DNA of 64,000 bases from Heterostelium pallidum. Taxonomy: Eukaryota. Location: contig NW_008805072.1 in the NCBI RefSeq assembly GCF_000004825.1, forward strand, positions 748,435 to 812,434, written 5' to 3'. Shown here one piece after another: positions 51,896 through 63,081 of the stretch (position 1 is the stretch's first letter; every line of letters begins with the position of its first letter). The notes below the pieces were generated by a model. That model saw only the letters and a program-made list of their open reading frames with translations. It did no database searches and was not told the origin of the DNA. The position numbers and the translations under genes are program-made.

Positions 51896-52491
51896 TATGT
51901 TTTTTTTTTTTCTTTTAATTCTTTTTTAAAACTTTTTCTTTTTTCTCTTTCTTAATAAATAAATTCTATAATATTTAAATAATGAATAAAAACTAATCTA
52001 TTCACTCAATAGTGTATATATTTATATAAAAGTTGTTAAATGAAAATCAGTTTTTCTTTTAAAAATACTTTTTTTTTTTTTTGATCATGACTTTTGTTTT
52101 TTACAAATCATTAAAAGCGGAGGAATAATTATAAACCGGAGATACAAATATAAACTCATATATTTTTATAACCCACTTTATCAAAGTAATTACATTTGAC
52201 TACATTTCTAGAATTAAATTGTTATTTAAAAATTGATTACTTTCTTTTAAACATGGTCTTTAAATAATGTTTCCATTTGTATCTACTTACTTTGGTTATT
52301 ATTATTTTTCAAATAATAATTATTTCTTTTTTTTTAAGATAAACCTTAGATTAACCAAACATTATTTAAAAAATAAAAAAATAAAAAAATAAATTCTAAA
52401 ATTGGTTTATTTTTAATTGTTGATTGAACTTACAATTTGAAATTTTCATATTTATATATTATGAAGTTTTTGGTATCAATCATAAACAACA

Positions 52492-53476
52492 ATGCTTAAT
52501 AAGAATCTACCTATTGTTATCATTGTTATTATTATTTTGATAGCTAATCTTCAGATTCAAGAAGTACTTGGAAATTCACCAACAAAGAAGAATCAGCATA
52601 CAAACAACTATGAAGAACTAGCTGATCTGTTGGATCATAAAGATATAGAATACTATCCATATGATGATTATAATAATAAAAATGGTAATTATTGATAATA
52701 TATAAAATATATATGTTTGATTATATATATATTAAATAATCAATTATTATTGACCATTATTATTTAATTAATAATAATAATAATAATTAGAAGTTGATTT
52801 AAAATCAAGTAGTTTACAACAATGGTTGGATAGTGGATCGATTGGAAAGTTCCTATCACTACACCTAACGAAATCTCTACACTTGAGAATACCAGTGAAT
52901 TTCATATTTGTAGGATTCTCTGGTGATGGTAATCATGCTTTCCGACTGAGTGAAGAGCATCTCATCGATTGGTTCCAACACATCGAACATTCATTACCAA
53001 ATGTAATAGTACCGCTAGGTGAAGATATAGTTACATCTGACATCAATGAAACACCACCAACTCATATTGAATATACGTAAGTATTGCTACTTAAAATATA
53101 TATATAAGTCAAACAATCATCAATTAATTGTTAACAATTGATCAACGAATCAAACTATTAGATTTGATATTCAAGTTTCAAAAGTAGATTCATTGGTGAA
53201 TACATTGGTTGAAGATGCTATCTATTGGAATCTGAGAAATGAGGATAGTAGTTACTATGATGAAAACTGTACAACTAAAAAGAATGAAACGGAATCACGA
53301 TTCTATACCAACCCATATCTGATTTCTTCGTTACTTTCATCGTTATCCGACCATTTAGACCTGGACAGAAAGAGTTATACAATCTATATTTTGAATCCAA
53401 ACAATCCGTTGATAGATTACAATAAAGCAACATCACCAAAATCATCAAGAAGTAAACAATCTAGTATTGAGGATTC

Positions 53477-53508
<32 letters not shown>

Positions 53509-56193
53509 CTGACAATGATAAGAAAGATGAAGATGATGACGATGAAGAAGAAGATGATGATGATGATGATGATTCAGACAATGATTATATTCAAGCTAGA
53601 TATGGTTATAGAACAGGTATGTCGAATAGCGAATTGGATTCACTCTACAAGAATGCCAAGCTGAAATTCAATAGTGAATGGGATATCGATTCCGATTACA
53701 AGTTTGTCTCTATGTTCCAGCCGACCAAAGACAATGTGGAACCTGGCGAATCGGTGCGTCATATCAATGAGAATGTCAAGTTCAAGGATATGTCGAGGCA
53801 GTCGTCGGAGTGGGCAAAGAAAATGCTGATGGAGTTTAGCAAGTATAGAAACAACACTGCTGCCACCGGTAGCTTTGGACCGCAGATCGATAGCTGCTTC
53901 TACGGATCGCCCGAGGGAAATGAAGATCGTTGGATATGCGCGGCACCGCGACTCGCCAACCACGACGACAAGCAACTGTCGGCAGTGGAATACGCGCAGC
54001 ATCTCTACAACCAGGGTACGTGGTACGAGAAATTCTACATCCAGACGGCCTACGACAATCCGATAACAGAGAATTGCTTGGTCGATAGCTGGATATCACA
54101 CAAGAGATTCGCATTCATCGATCTCACCGCTGGTCCGTTCGAGTGGGGACCTACCATCGGTGGCAACGGACTGAAGAGCAACCTGACACTGCCAAGAGTG
54201 CCATACGGTACACATGAACAGCGTGTCGATTCACTGCGTGCCACCTTTGACGATGCAAAAGAACTCATTGAATCACTACAATCGGAATTGACAATCGTAC
54301 AAACCGTATTTGAAAATTCCTGTCAAGATGTAGATAGTCCACATTCTGCAAACAATGATAATTGTTTATGTATGTTAATAATAATAATAATGATGATGAT
54401 ATAAATCAATAATGATAAACTGATAACTAACAAACCAAAAAAAATTGAAATAGATTTAAAGAAATCAATCGAAAATATTGAAGCTTTAATCAAAGATCAA
54501 CAATCGATAAATAATATTATAAGTAATAAGGGTAATGTTGATTTTAATTCACCTTTAGATTCAATGGATTTATTACTTGGTAATTTGGTATGTTTTTGTA
54601 TAATTTATTAAAACAATATTGCAAGCTATATTATTATAATTATTAACACATTTATATATATATTTCAAAAATAAGATGGAGAGTGTCGAAGATTTAGAAA
54701 TGAATAACTTTAAAGCACACATGGGATCGGTTCTATCAGATAGTTTGAGACATTTAATTGCACAACCATTACCTTTATTTAAAATCAAGTTTTATAATAG
54801 AGTTAATTTCCATATTGTTTTTATTACAGATCATAATGTAAGTATAAATACGAATAACCTCTACTTTTATCAATTGAATAAACTAACATTTATATTTTAA
54901 TATATACTATTTGGTTTAGAAATATAATCCAAGACACTTTACAATGTTTAATTTCGACTTGTTTAAATATGAGATTGAAAAGTTAAAGACACCAAATCAA
55001 GAGTTTACTTTTAATATTAAAATGTATGTATTATATTATTACTATTTGGTTTCAGCTATTTACTTATTACTAAAAACAATATAAAAGGTTATCAATGGCA
55101 GAAGATCCATCATTGGCTTTGGCATATCATACTTCTTTAAAGACTATTTTGACTCCAACCATTACAGAGGATGGCAAGTTTGTTACAAAGCTAAACTACT
55201 ATATCGATAGTAAGGAGATCAAGTATCAATTGACTAGATTGAATCCGGACAACCACGACGACGACCCCAACGATCTCACCAACATAAATCAATCCAAACA
55301 TATTCCAATCTTTATATTTTCACTTGGATCTGAACATCCTGTGTTTATCGATAAGAACAAGCAAGCCAAGACCCTAACCAATATGGTGTTGGCCGTTCAG
55401 ACCAATGTTCTTCACAACACTACCTTCTCTTGTAATGGCAAGCCAACCACTATCAACCTCGGCAATCCAATGTCCGCCATCTTGTCGGCGACTGCGCTGA
55501 GTCTGGGCGGTCTCGTACCCAACCACTATAGCTACAGCGAGGCATCGATGGCGGCAACTCAGCAGTGGCAATGGAGTGTCGGTGACTCACCCAACTCCAA
55601 CACCTACGCATTCCCATTCTCCTACTTTACCGAGTTCCAAATCGATGCGGTCCAACGAAACTACATCATCTCATCACTGGAGAGATCGATTGCACTCACC
55701 AACGAGGCATCGAACATCCTCCTCAACCACAAAACCAGTGCATCCAACTACGTATCACTCGTTAAATTCCAATTCTCAAGCATCACCAACGAATTCCAAA
55801 TGATACGTGAACAATGGAAGATGTCTGCAAACTATCTCGAGAAATTCCAATATTCTTTAGCACTCCAAATAGCGATTCAAACTGAAAGAATGTCATATAT
55901 GTAAGTTTATTAATATATCAAATAACCATATATATATGGATCAAAAATTATAAACTTAACTACTCTACTAACCACTTGTTCTTTCTCTTTCTCGACAACT
56001 CTGCAACAATAGATATTTAGAAAATATAAAGAAATTATCAAGTGATATATTTATTGCCAATTGTTCATATACAAAGGACAGCTATTCATCAAGATCCATT
56101 GGAATGATAGTTGTATGTCTATGTATAAATTTACTGATCCTTTTAGCGTTAGCATTGTTAAACAAGAAGAAATCGAAACTAAAGATAAACTAA
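52492..56193 (+). CDS. Large type I membrane glycoprotein of about 1100 aa. It has a signal peptide, a big lumenal domain, one C-terminal TM helix and an ER-retrieval-type KxKxx tail. At least 8 exons.
   Basis: Exon 1 encodes a cleavable signal peptide (MLNKNLPIVIIVIIILIANLQIQEVLG). Exons 2-3 and the 403-aa ORF 53193..54404 contain a poly-Thr/poly-Asp tract and many N-x-S/T sites, with a GTATGT donor at 54365. Small exons follow at about 54453..54586, 54676..54837, 54920..55024 and 55085..55896. The last exon, about 56043..56193, gives ...IGMIVVCLCINLLILLALALLNKKKSKLKIN-stop. Exon phases fit except for the exon 2/3 junction, which I could not resolve cleanly. Confidence 0.55.
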
Positions 56194-56209
56194 AATTTTA
56201 TTATTATTG

Positions 56210-56926
56210 TTATATATTTATGTTTTGTCTACAATTGTATCTTGAAATTTCATTCTCAAATGTTTCTTTGAGTAGGTTCAGCGAATTCTCATTGGTATTT
56301 GTAAAACAAAGATCTCTACTACTGGAATATGCAAGACTGATTGCTTTGAAGCGGTCGTGTATCACTCGGTGCAGACCTTTGATGTTTGAGTTGGCGCCGT
56401 ACGTCAAACACGTGAAAATGATTTCATAGCGGTTGCCATACTTTGATTCCAACTGAGTGAGTTCATACTCGTAATCCGACGCATTGACTCTGGCACCCGA
56501 TACAAACACCGGATAGAGAATGACACCGATTTCATTGAGAGCGTGAGAGAGCGGTGGTTCTGCGCAGATCACCGATGCATCTGGAAATACCTGTGCAATG
56601 ATCTCTCTAAACTCTGGGAAGAATGCTTCGGTATCTCTGGCGATGTATATGGAAATCGGTACTCCAAAGTAGAATTGTATTGGTTGATAAGATTTTTTCT
56701 TTTCATAGCCACTCTCTGACAACGTATCCAAATCATCTTTTACATATTTCTTTCCGACCTCTAAATCGGAATCCAATATATTGATTCTTCTTCTTCTGAT
56801 ACAATGCTGCCAAACCACATAAAAAATGAAAATCAACAATAACAATCCTATGATTGCTGGAACTATTGATATAATTTTATCAATTTTTTCATCTTTTTTA
56901 GACTCTTCTGCGTTTGTTGATTCCAT
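56210..56926 (-). CDS. Signal-anchored (N-terminal TM) protein, paralog A of a tandem pair
   Basis: 238-aa ORF with an N-terminal TM helix (IISIVPAIIGLLLLIFIFYVVW) followed by a basic stop-transfer (RRRRIN). The downstream domain shows alternating beta/alpha segments (ISIYIARD, GVILYPVFVSG, YEIIFTCLTYG). Its stop lies 14 bp from the stop of the convergent upstream gene. Confidence 0.55.
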   Translation of the reverse strand: MESTNAEESKKDEKIDKIISIVPAIIGLLLLIFIFYVVWQHCIRRRRINILDSDLEVGKKYVKDDLDTLSESGYEKKKSYQPIQFYFGVPISIYIARDTEAFFPEFREIIAQVFPDASVICAEPPLSHALNEIGVILYPVFVSGARVNASDYEYELTQLESKYGNRYEIIFTCLTYGANSNIKGLHRVIHDRFKAISLAYSSSRDLCFTNTNENSLNLLKETFENEISRYNCRQNINI

Positions 56927-57299
56927 TTAATTTATATTTAAAAAGTTAATTATATATTTATTTCTCTTTTTTGACAACCAAACATTTAATTGTAAGAAGA
57001 TAATCAACCAATCCTTATATATAACAAATATATATTAGAATAATAAAAACAATCAAAAAAAAATAAACTATGGTTTGTACATTTAAGTTAAAAATATTTC
57101 TTTTCACCACATTTTGTTCAATTTTAACATATCTTTATAATTATTAATATTGTTATTGGTTTATTATTACCACTGCAACAACATGTGGAATAAAAAAAAA
57201 ACAACAAACCCTTTTACTCCAATAATTAAATATTCAATTATAATTTTATTGGCTTTTTTATTTTTTATCTAATATTTGCAATTTTATTTTATTTTCATT

Positions 57300-58092
57300 T
57301 TAACCCCTTTTGTTTAGATCACCACCTATTAATGATTGAAGTCTGACAAACGACTCTTGTGATGATAGATCCGTAGTGTAGGAGGTACACTCGAATACCA
57401 ACGATGTGATGTTGTTCTCGGTAATCCAATCGAGCATCGGTGAATTGATGTATTCACTTGCTTGGGTGCCTGGCGATGTGAGAAGCGTATGAATCACATG
57501 ATAGTTTGGATACTCGAGTACCAATCTTGTGAAATCATCTTGGTCGTCCGATGCTGCATCGACCACATTCGATCCCATTGTGGAGGCATCGACTGTGTAC
57601 AAGATGATACCTTCCTTTGACATTGAAGCATGCTCCATCGATTGTGTGAATGAACGAATCGGTGCTGATGGTAGTCCATTTCTCACATCGACATCACCCA
57701 TCTGCTTGGCCAACAACTTTTGAAACTCTTCGAATAGATCATATGATCTCATATAAACATAAACCGCCATCTTTTGACTCGTACCAAAATCTTCCTTTAT
57801 CTTTTGAGGAAAATAATTCTTTTTTTTAAATAAACTCTTTTGTTTTAATTAAAATATTTGTTAATAATAATAAATCAATATATGAATTTAATAAATATTT
57901 TAACTAACATACAAAAGTTGATTTACAAAAATCAATTAACTCTGCATCTTTGGTTTGTGCTAAACTATTGGACTCCATTATATCTGGTGGTTGATAGGAT
58001 CCTGATGAACATAATGATGATCCAATGAAGTATAATAAAATTACCATTCCAAAAAAACAAAAAAATCCAATAGTTTCATCATGAAGTAACAT
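57300..58092 (-). CDS. Signal-anchored protein, paralog B of the tandem pair. 2 exons (58092..about 57913 and about 57840..57300).
   Basis: Exon 1 is MLLHDETIGFFCFFGMVILLYFIGSSL...STFV, followed by a GTAAGT intron. Exon 2 includes the ORF 57300..57770. It aligns to paralog A at KKKxYxP, F.EFxxxxAxxxxD, G(V/I)ILYxV and SDxxxxxTxLxxxYxNxxxIxTxLT. Confidence 0.5.
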
Positions 58093-59756
58093 TTTGTTTG
58101 TTTGAAATGAAATAAATAATATTTGTTTGTTTGTTTGCGAAACTTTGAAAAAGTGTATAAATTAAATTTCTAATTAGAAATATGTTATTTTATTATTTTA
58201 TTTATTTATTTTAATTAAAGTAGGTGAATATGAAGTCAATTGAAAATGAAAATACTTAAATTGAAAGTCAATTATTTTAAAAGTAAGAAGGGTAAATAAA
58301 TATACAATAGAGTATTTGATTTGATGGTGTGCATAATACCATACTAATGGTCATGATTCTCTTAATGATTATTTTTAAAATACAACAACAGCTCTATTGC
58401 AATGTTGAAATAACAACACACCAAATTTATTATTATCACAGTTGCAAAAAAAAACACACAGAATCCAATTTATATTTTTTTATTATTACCGCATACACAT
58501 TCACTACATAGCAAAAAAACATGATTTTCGAAATATCCTTGTATTTCCTATCAGTACTGAAGGATCATATGATCTACATCTTCGAATAGAGCAAAAAAAA
58601 AAAAAAGATATTTCATTCGATTGCGATATATTGTCTAACAAAACAAAAAATAATAATAAATTAATAATAAAATAAATAAATATATGCTAATTGTTTTGAT
58701 CTGCAAAAAAAAAAAAAAAAAAAAAATTTCCAATTATCTTTGTCAAGAAAAATATAGATATATTTTAATTTATTTTTGTTGAATATATCGATATTTTTTA
58801 TATATTTTAATTGTTTTCCCAGGACACATAAAAAATTATAAAATCTAATGTCATATCTAAAAATAAATTATATAGAAAATAAAAAATCATCATTCATAAA
58901 TTCCAAGTTTGATTAAATTTTTGTCTAAATCATATTTGTGTGAAAACTAATAACTAATAGTCTAAATTTATCTGTTTTCCAATTTTATCTGCTGAAAAAA
59001 ATGAAAATGAAAATGAAATTTTTTTTGGAAATGAAATCACAACATGGATCAAATAAAAAAAAAAATGAAAAAAAATAAAAATAAAATATGATTAATTAAA
59101 AAAAAAAAAAAAACAAAACAAACACTCTCTTTATTTTAAAAAGAATTATTCGGTATACCAATTTCCACCTTACCTATACAAATATATTATTAATTAAAAA
59201 TAAACAATTTTGTTTTTATTTTTATTTATTAGTTAGTCAGTCAGTTAGTTAGTTAACAATCTAATCTATCTATCTCTATATTTTATTTATATATTCTATT
59301 ACTTTACTTTTCTACTATTCTACACTTATTAATTCTATAGGCTATTTAGTTCTACTTGTTGGTTTAGTTTTAGTTTAGTTTTAGTTTATAGTTTTAGTTT
59401 AAAATTCTTATTACTCTACCTATTCCTATTATTATTCATTCGAATCTAGATTCAACGTTGTTGTCGAGTTTAGAGTTTGAATTTATAGTGTTTAGAATTT
59501 CTATCAATAGTTTAGCAACTAATTTCATTATACTTATGATTACATACCATCACTGTTTGTCACATCTTTCACCTCCACATAGTTGTTGTTGTATTTCTCG
59601 ACTATAGTGCAAACATAACAGATTATCTCAATATTTTAATCATTTAGATCACAACAATCACACTCTGAAACACACTTGAATATAATATACCAAAACCACC
59701 TTATATCTGTATATATTCTCAACCAAACCAAACCAAACCAAACCAACACTCACAAA

Positions 59757-60083
59757 ATGTCCGAAGTACAATTAGTCGTAATGCTCCGAAAGATCAAGAA
59801 GATCGTCGACGAGACCGAGATCTACAACAAGAGATTGATACTCTTGAAAGAGAACGGATTGTCACCCAACTCAAATTCTATATTTGAAGAAGATGAAGAA
59901 CGTAAGTTAATACCCGCCACTACCATTACTCACAAATATCATCATAATATCACGTGACATGTCATTAATCATCCAATCACTTTTAATAATTTAGTATTGT
60001 TTCCAATCGATATCGGAAATGAAATGTATTTAAAAGCATCCAAAGCATATCAAGAGTACAAAGCATATATTGAAGGAATCGAA
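59757..60083 (+). CDS. Small coiled-coil protein of about 79 aa, 2 exons, family unknown
   Basis: An ATG at 59757 gives MSEVQLVVMLRKIKKIVDETEIYNKRLILLKENGLSPNSNSIFEEDEE. A GTAAGT...TTTAG intron of 89 nt follows. The second exon is LLFPIDIGNEMYLKASKAYQEYKAYIEGIEK-stop. The unspliced alternative is the 93-aa ORF 59676..59957. Confidence 0.35.
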
Positions 60084-60596
60084 AAGTAAGTTTACTCAGC
60101 TCATCTCATTAAAGAACACAACGACTCTTCATAGTATAAATTACGATCATCATATAGAGTTGGATTATATTTATATATATATATAATTATATATTTGAAA
60201 GTTTAAATTTGACAACCTCACCTCATTAATTTATTAAAGACAAGTTAACAATCAATTCAATACACTTTTATTTATATATGTATAAGTTTACATTCTCTTT
60301 ATCGCACCCACCACTCTATTAGCAAACACACCACTCACCCACACAATCTCTTTAAGATCTGTTGGGAACTCTTACCTACCACACCCACACTATTGGTCTA
60401 TTTTTTTTGAGTGATTTTTGTGTTTTTTTTTTTTTCACTTTCATTTTATTTATTTTTAAAAAATCAACGCTCAAAATATTAATATTTAATTTTTATTTTA
60501 TTTTTTCTCATTACCACCAATTTTATTATTAAAATATATATTAGGACATTAAATAAATATGTAGATAAAATTAATAAAAATGAGAGGTCCTCTGCA

Positions 60597-61322
60597 ATGA
60601 TGAAAGCCATAGCCAACAACAATGGAAATTCAAACAATACAAATGGTAATCAGTCTTCCAATTCGTCGTCGTCCGATGATGATGACACTGACAAATTCGA
60701 TAAGCGCAACAGCAGCTCGCTGAAACGAAAGTCAAAGGAGGTGGTTTCTACACCTTCCGCCAGCAACAAGACCAAGCGTATTAAGCAGCCTTCGGAATCG
60801 CCAAAGAATGAGTCATCCAGTGAATCACCCACCGTCAGCACACCAGCCAAGACTGTGGAATCAACTAGCACTCCCAAAGCCGACAAGAACACCAACACCT
60901 CCGCCGCCGCCACCGCCGCCGGAGAATCGTCGGCACAGATCCCACCAGGAACTCAGGTCGCCGCCAAAGAGAAATCAAACAACTGGATTCTCGCCAAGGT
61001 TGGATCATACAATTCAAAGACACAGAAATACGAAGTCATCGACGAGGACGAAGACGAATCGAAAAAGTTCCACGTCAGCATCAAAGATATCATCCAGTTG
61101 CCATCGGCCAACTCACTGCCGCCAACGTTTGCCGCCAACACTAAAGTACTGGCAATGTTTCCCGATACCACCACTTTCTATCCTGCGGTTGTAGTCAGCT
61201 CACAAAAGGTCAAGAACAAGACATCGTTTTACACTCTGCATTTCGACGATGACCAAGGTGACAACGGACAGACACCAAGCAGAAAAGTAGCGGCACAACA
61301 TGTAGTCATATATTCTAAATGA
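60597..61322 (+). CDS. SGF29: SAGA-associated factor 29 (SGF29) homolog with a C-terminal tandem Tudor domain
   Basis: The C-terminal 130 aa read ...NNWILAKVGSYNSKTQKYEVIDEDEDESKKFHVSIKDIIQLP...TKVLAMFPDTTTFYPAVVVS...SFYTLHFDDDQG...VAAQHVVIY. This matches the SGF29 tudor-like signature WILA.V....YEV.D.d, VLALYPdTT.FY.A.V and Y.L.FeDd. The N-terminal half is a Ser-rich basic region. Confidence 0.75.
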   Translation: MMKAIANNNGNSNNTNGNQSSNSSSSDDDDTDKFDKRNSSSLKRKSKEVVSTPSASNKTKRIKQPSESPKNESSSESPTVSTPAKTVESTSTPKADKNTNTSAAATAAGESSAQIPPGTQVAAKEKSNNWILAKVGSYNSKTQKYEVIDEDEDESKKFHVSIKDIIQLPSANSLPPTFAANTKVLAMFPDTTTFYPAVVVSSQKVKNKTSFYTLHFDDDQGDNGQTPSRKVAAQHVVIYSK

Positions 61323-61835
61323 TAATCAATATTAGTAATAGAAGGGATGACATTTGGTAAAAAGAAAAAGAAAAGCAGAGCAGTCTCTTCTTTTGTTTTT
61401 GTTTAGTATACTGGTCTTGTTAATCCATCGGAATAGCAATTCGCGATCGTCACCAAACACACACCCAACCACTTTATATTTATACACCACTATTAATGTA
61501 AAACTACATAGTGATCACATTCCTCAAATATAACCTCTAATATTTATAACTAAAACACTACATTTGTATATTCAAACCAAATATTATTGGATAAAATGAA
61601 AATAAACAAAAACAATTTTAAAACAAAAAAAAAGTAGATAGAAATTTGCAAAATTAAGTTTATAAAAATTTTTTTTTTTTTTCAAAAATAAAGATTGTGA
61701 ATACAAATGACGGACATTGAAGATAGATCGAATGATGGCATCAGTAAAATGTATGATTGTCTTTTGTCTTTTTTAAAAGAACTAGAGCCACCAGGTTTAT
61801 TGATGTTAATTCTAATGAAATGGGATACTTTTTTT

Positions 61836-61995
61836 TTTTTTTGCAAAAAAAGATTTGTTGACTCATGATCAGTCAACAAATTGCAGGTATTGATATTAAC
61901 CTTACAACTTCGTAATGATGCGCAACACGTGTGGATATTCAACAGATTCCTACTTTCATCCTCTGATCCTTCCAAAGTTTGTTATTATACCAAAA

Positions 61996-62030
<35 letters not shown>

Positions 62031-62085
62031 AAAAAAAGATTTGTTGACTCATGATCAGTCAACAAATTGCAGGTATTGATATTCT
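61836..62085. repeat. Duplicated unit of poly-T plus a 55-bp sequence, at 61836..61900 and 62010..62085, about 125 bp apart. The unit contains an inverted repeat.
   Basis: T(n)GCAAAAAAAGATTTGTTGACTCATGATCAGTCAACAAATTGCAGGTATTGATATT occurs twice; the second copy has a T run of about 36. Inside it, TTGTTGACT...AGTCAACAA forms a 9-bp inverted repeat around CATGATC. Confidence 0.85.
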
Positions 62086-62456
62086 TAAAGAAGAGACAAA
62101 GCGCGAGATCTAGAGAGCGCCTCTCTCTCAAGAAATCTTTAAATCATACTCTCAACACATGCGATCCGGCATCTCAGAAGCATAAAGATGCACTGAACAA
62201 GATCAACGATCTAGTCGCCGAAGAAAAGCTCTTTCACAGCATTCTCGTGAATGATTTATCTATCCACAGGGAATGCCCATCGGCAGTACTCACCAACACT
62301 CTAAAAAAAAGATCAAAGAACTCACTGATCGAATCAATCAAAAGATCTGACGGAGTCGTCACCACTTCTCTTGATGAGATCAGAGATGCTTTTTGGGATT
62401 TTTACTCTAAAAAAAAAGTAACTAAGGACATCGGTTTTTTATATACGCTCCGGTAG
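62067..62456 (+). mobile_element. Degenerate fragment of a non-LTR (LINE-like) retrotransposon ORF2, from the segment between the endonuclease and RT domains. No ATG; truncated.
   Basis: The 129-aa frame opens without an ATG directly after the second repeat unit. It contains ...LKKRSKNSLIESIKRSDGVVTTSLDEIRDAFWDFYSKKKVTKD..., which matches the conserved LINE ORF2 linker pattern (L1: [41 protein letters not shown]). No upstream EN domain or downstream RT domain is present. Confidence 0.4.
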
Positions 62457-63081
62457 CGGGGATAAATGGGGTATAATAAAAAAATAAATTAATGGACAGC
62501 TCCCCGGGTTTTCAGTAACAGTTGAATTTTAATTTAATTGCAGTAAGGAGAACTTATCAAATTAAAAACAAAAACCTGTTTTTAACAAATTTAGTTTTTA
62601 GAAACTCTGACACTTATGGTTCATTTTAAATCTGAAAAAAAAAGAAAATTGAAAAATTGTTTATTTTTCAAAATTTAACTTTTCTTCGATTGCATGTAAA
62701 TAAATTTAACTTTCTAAAATAATAATCTAATATAATAATCTAATATAATAAAATGTAAATCGTTACTTATAGTTTCTTGAGTATTTATAAAAGACATCCT
62801 TTTATTAATCAGTAATTTATTAATCATCAAAATTGTCAATCATAGAAATATCCAACATAGTTTTTTTTTTTTTTTGTCAAAAAAAAATTTTGTCAATTTG
62901 CAAAATATCTTTTCACAATACAACAATAAATAAATCTTATTGTGAATTTGTAATGTTTATTTAACCTATTTCATTTATCAAATTCAAGGTGAAACACCAA
63001 ACTAATAAATAAAAACAAATTTTATAAATCTTTTTGTTCAGTAGCTAGTCGCAACACATTCTTTGTGACCCTAAAAACAAC

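Noticed and set aside
60808-61194. 128-aa Pro/Arg-rich ORF
   Set aside because: It is the +1 frame of SGF29, and the SGF29 frame carries the conserved Tudor motifs.
61836-62085. Possible CRISPR-like repeat
   Set aside because: There are only two copies, each preceded by long poly-T, in a eukaryotic genome next to a LINE ORF2 fragment. I read it as retroelement-associated duplication.
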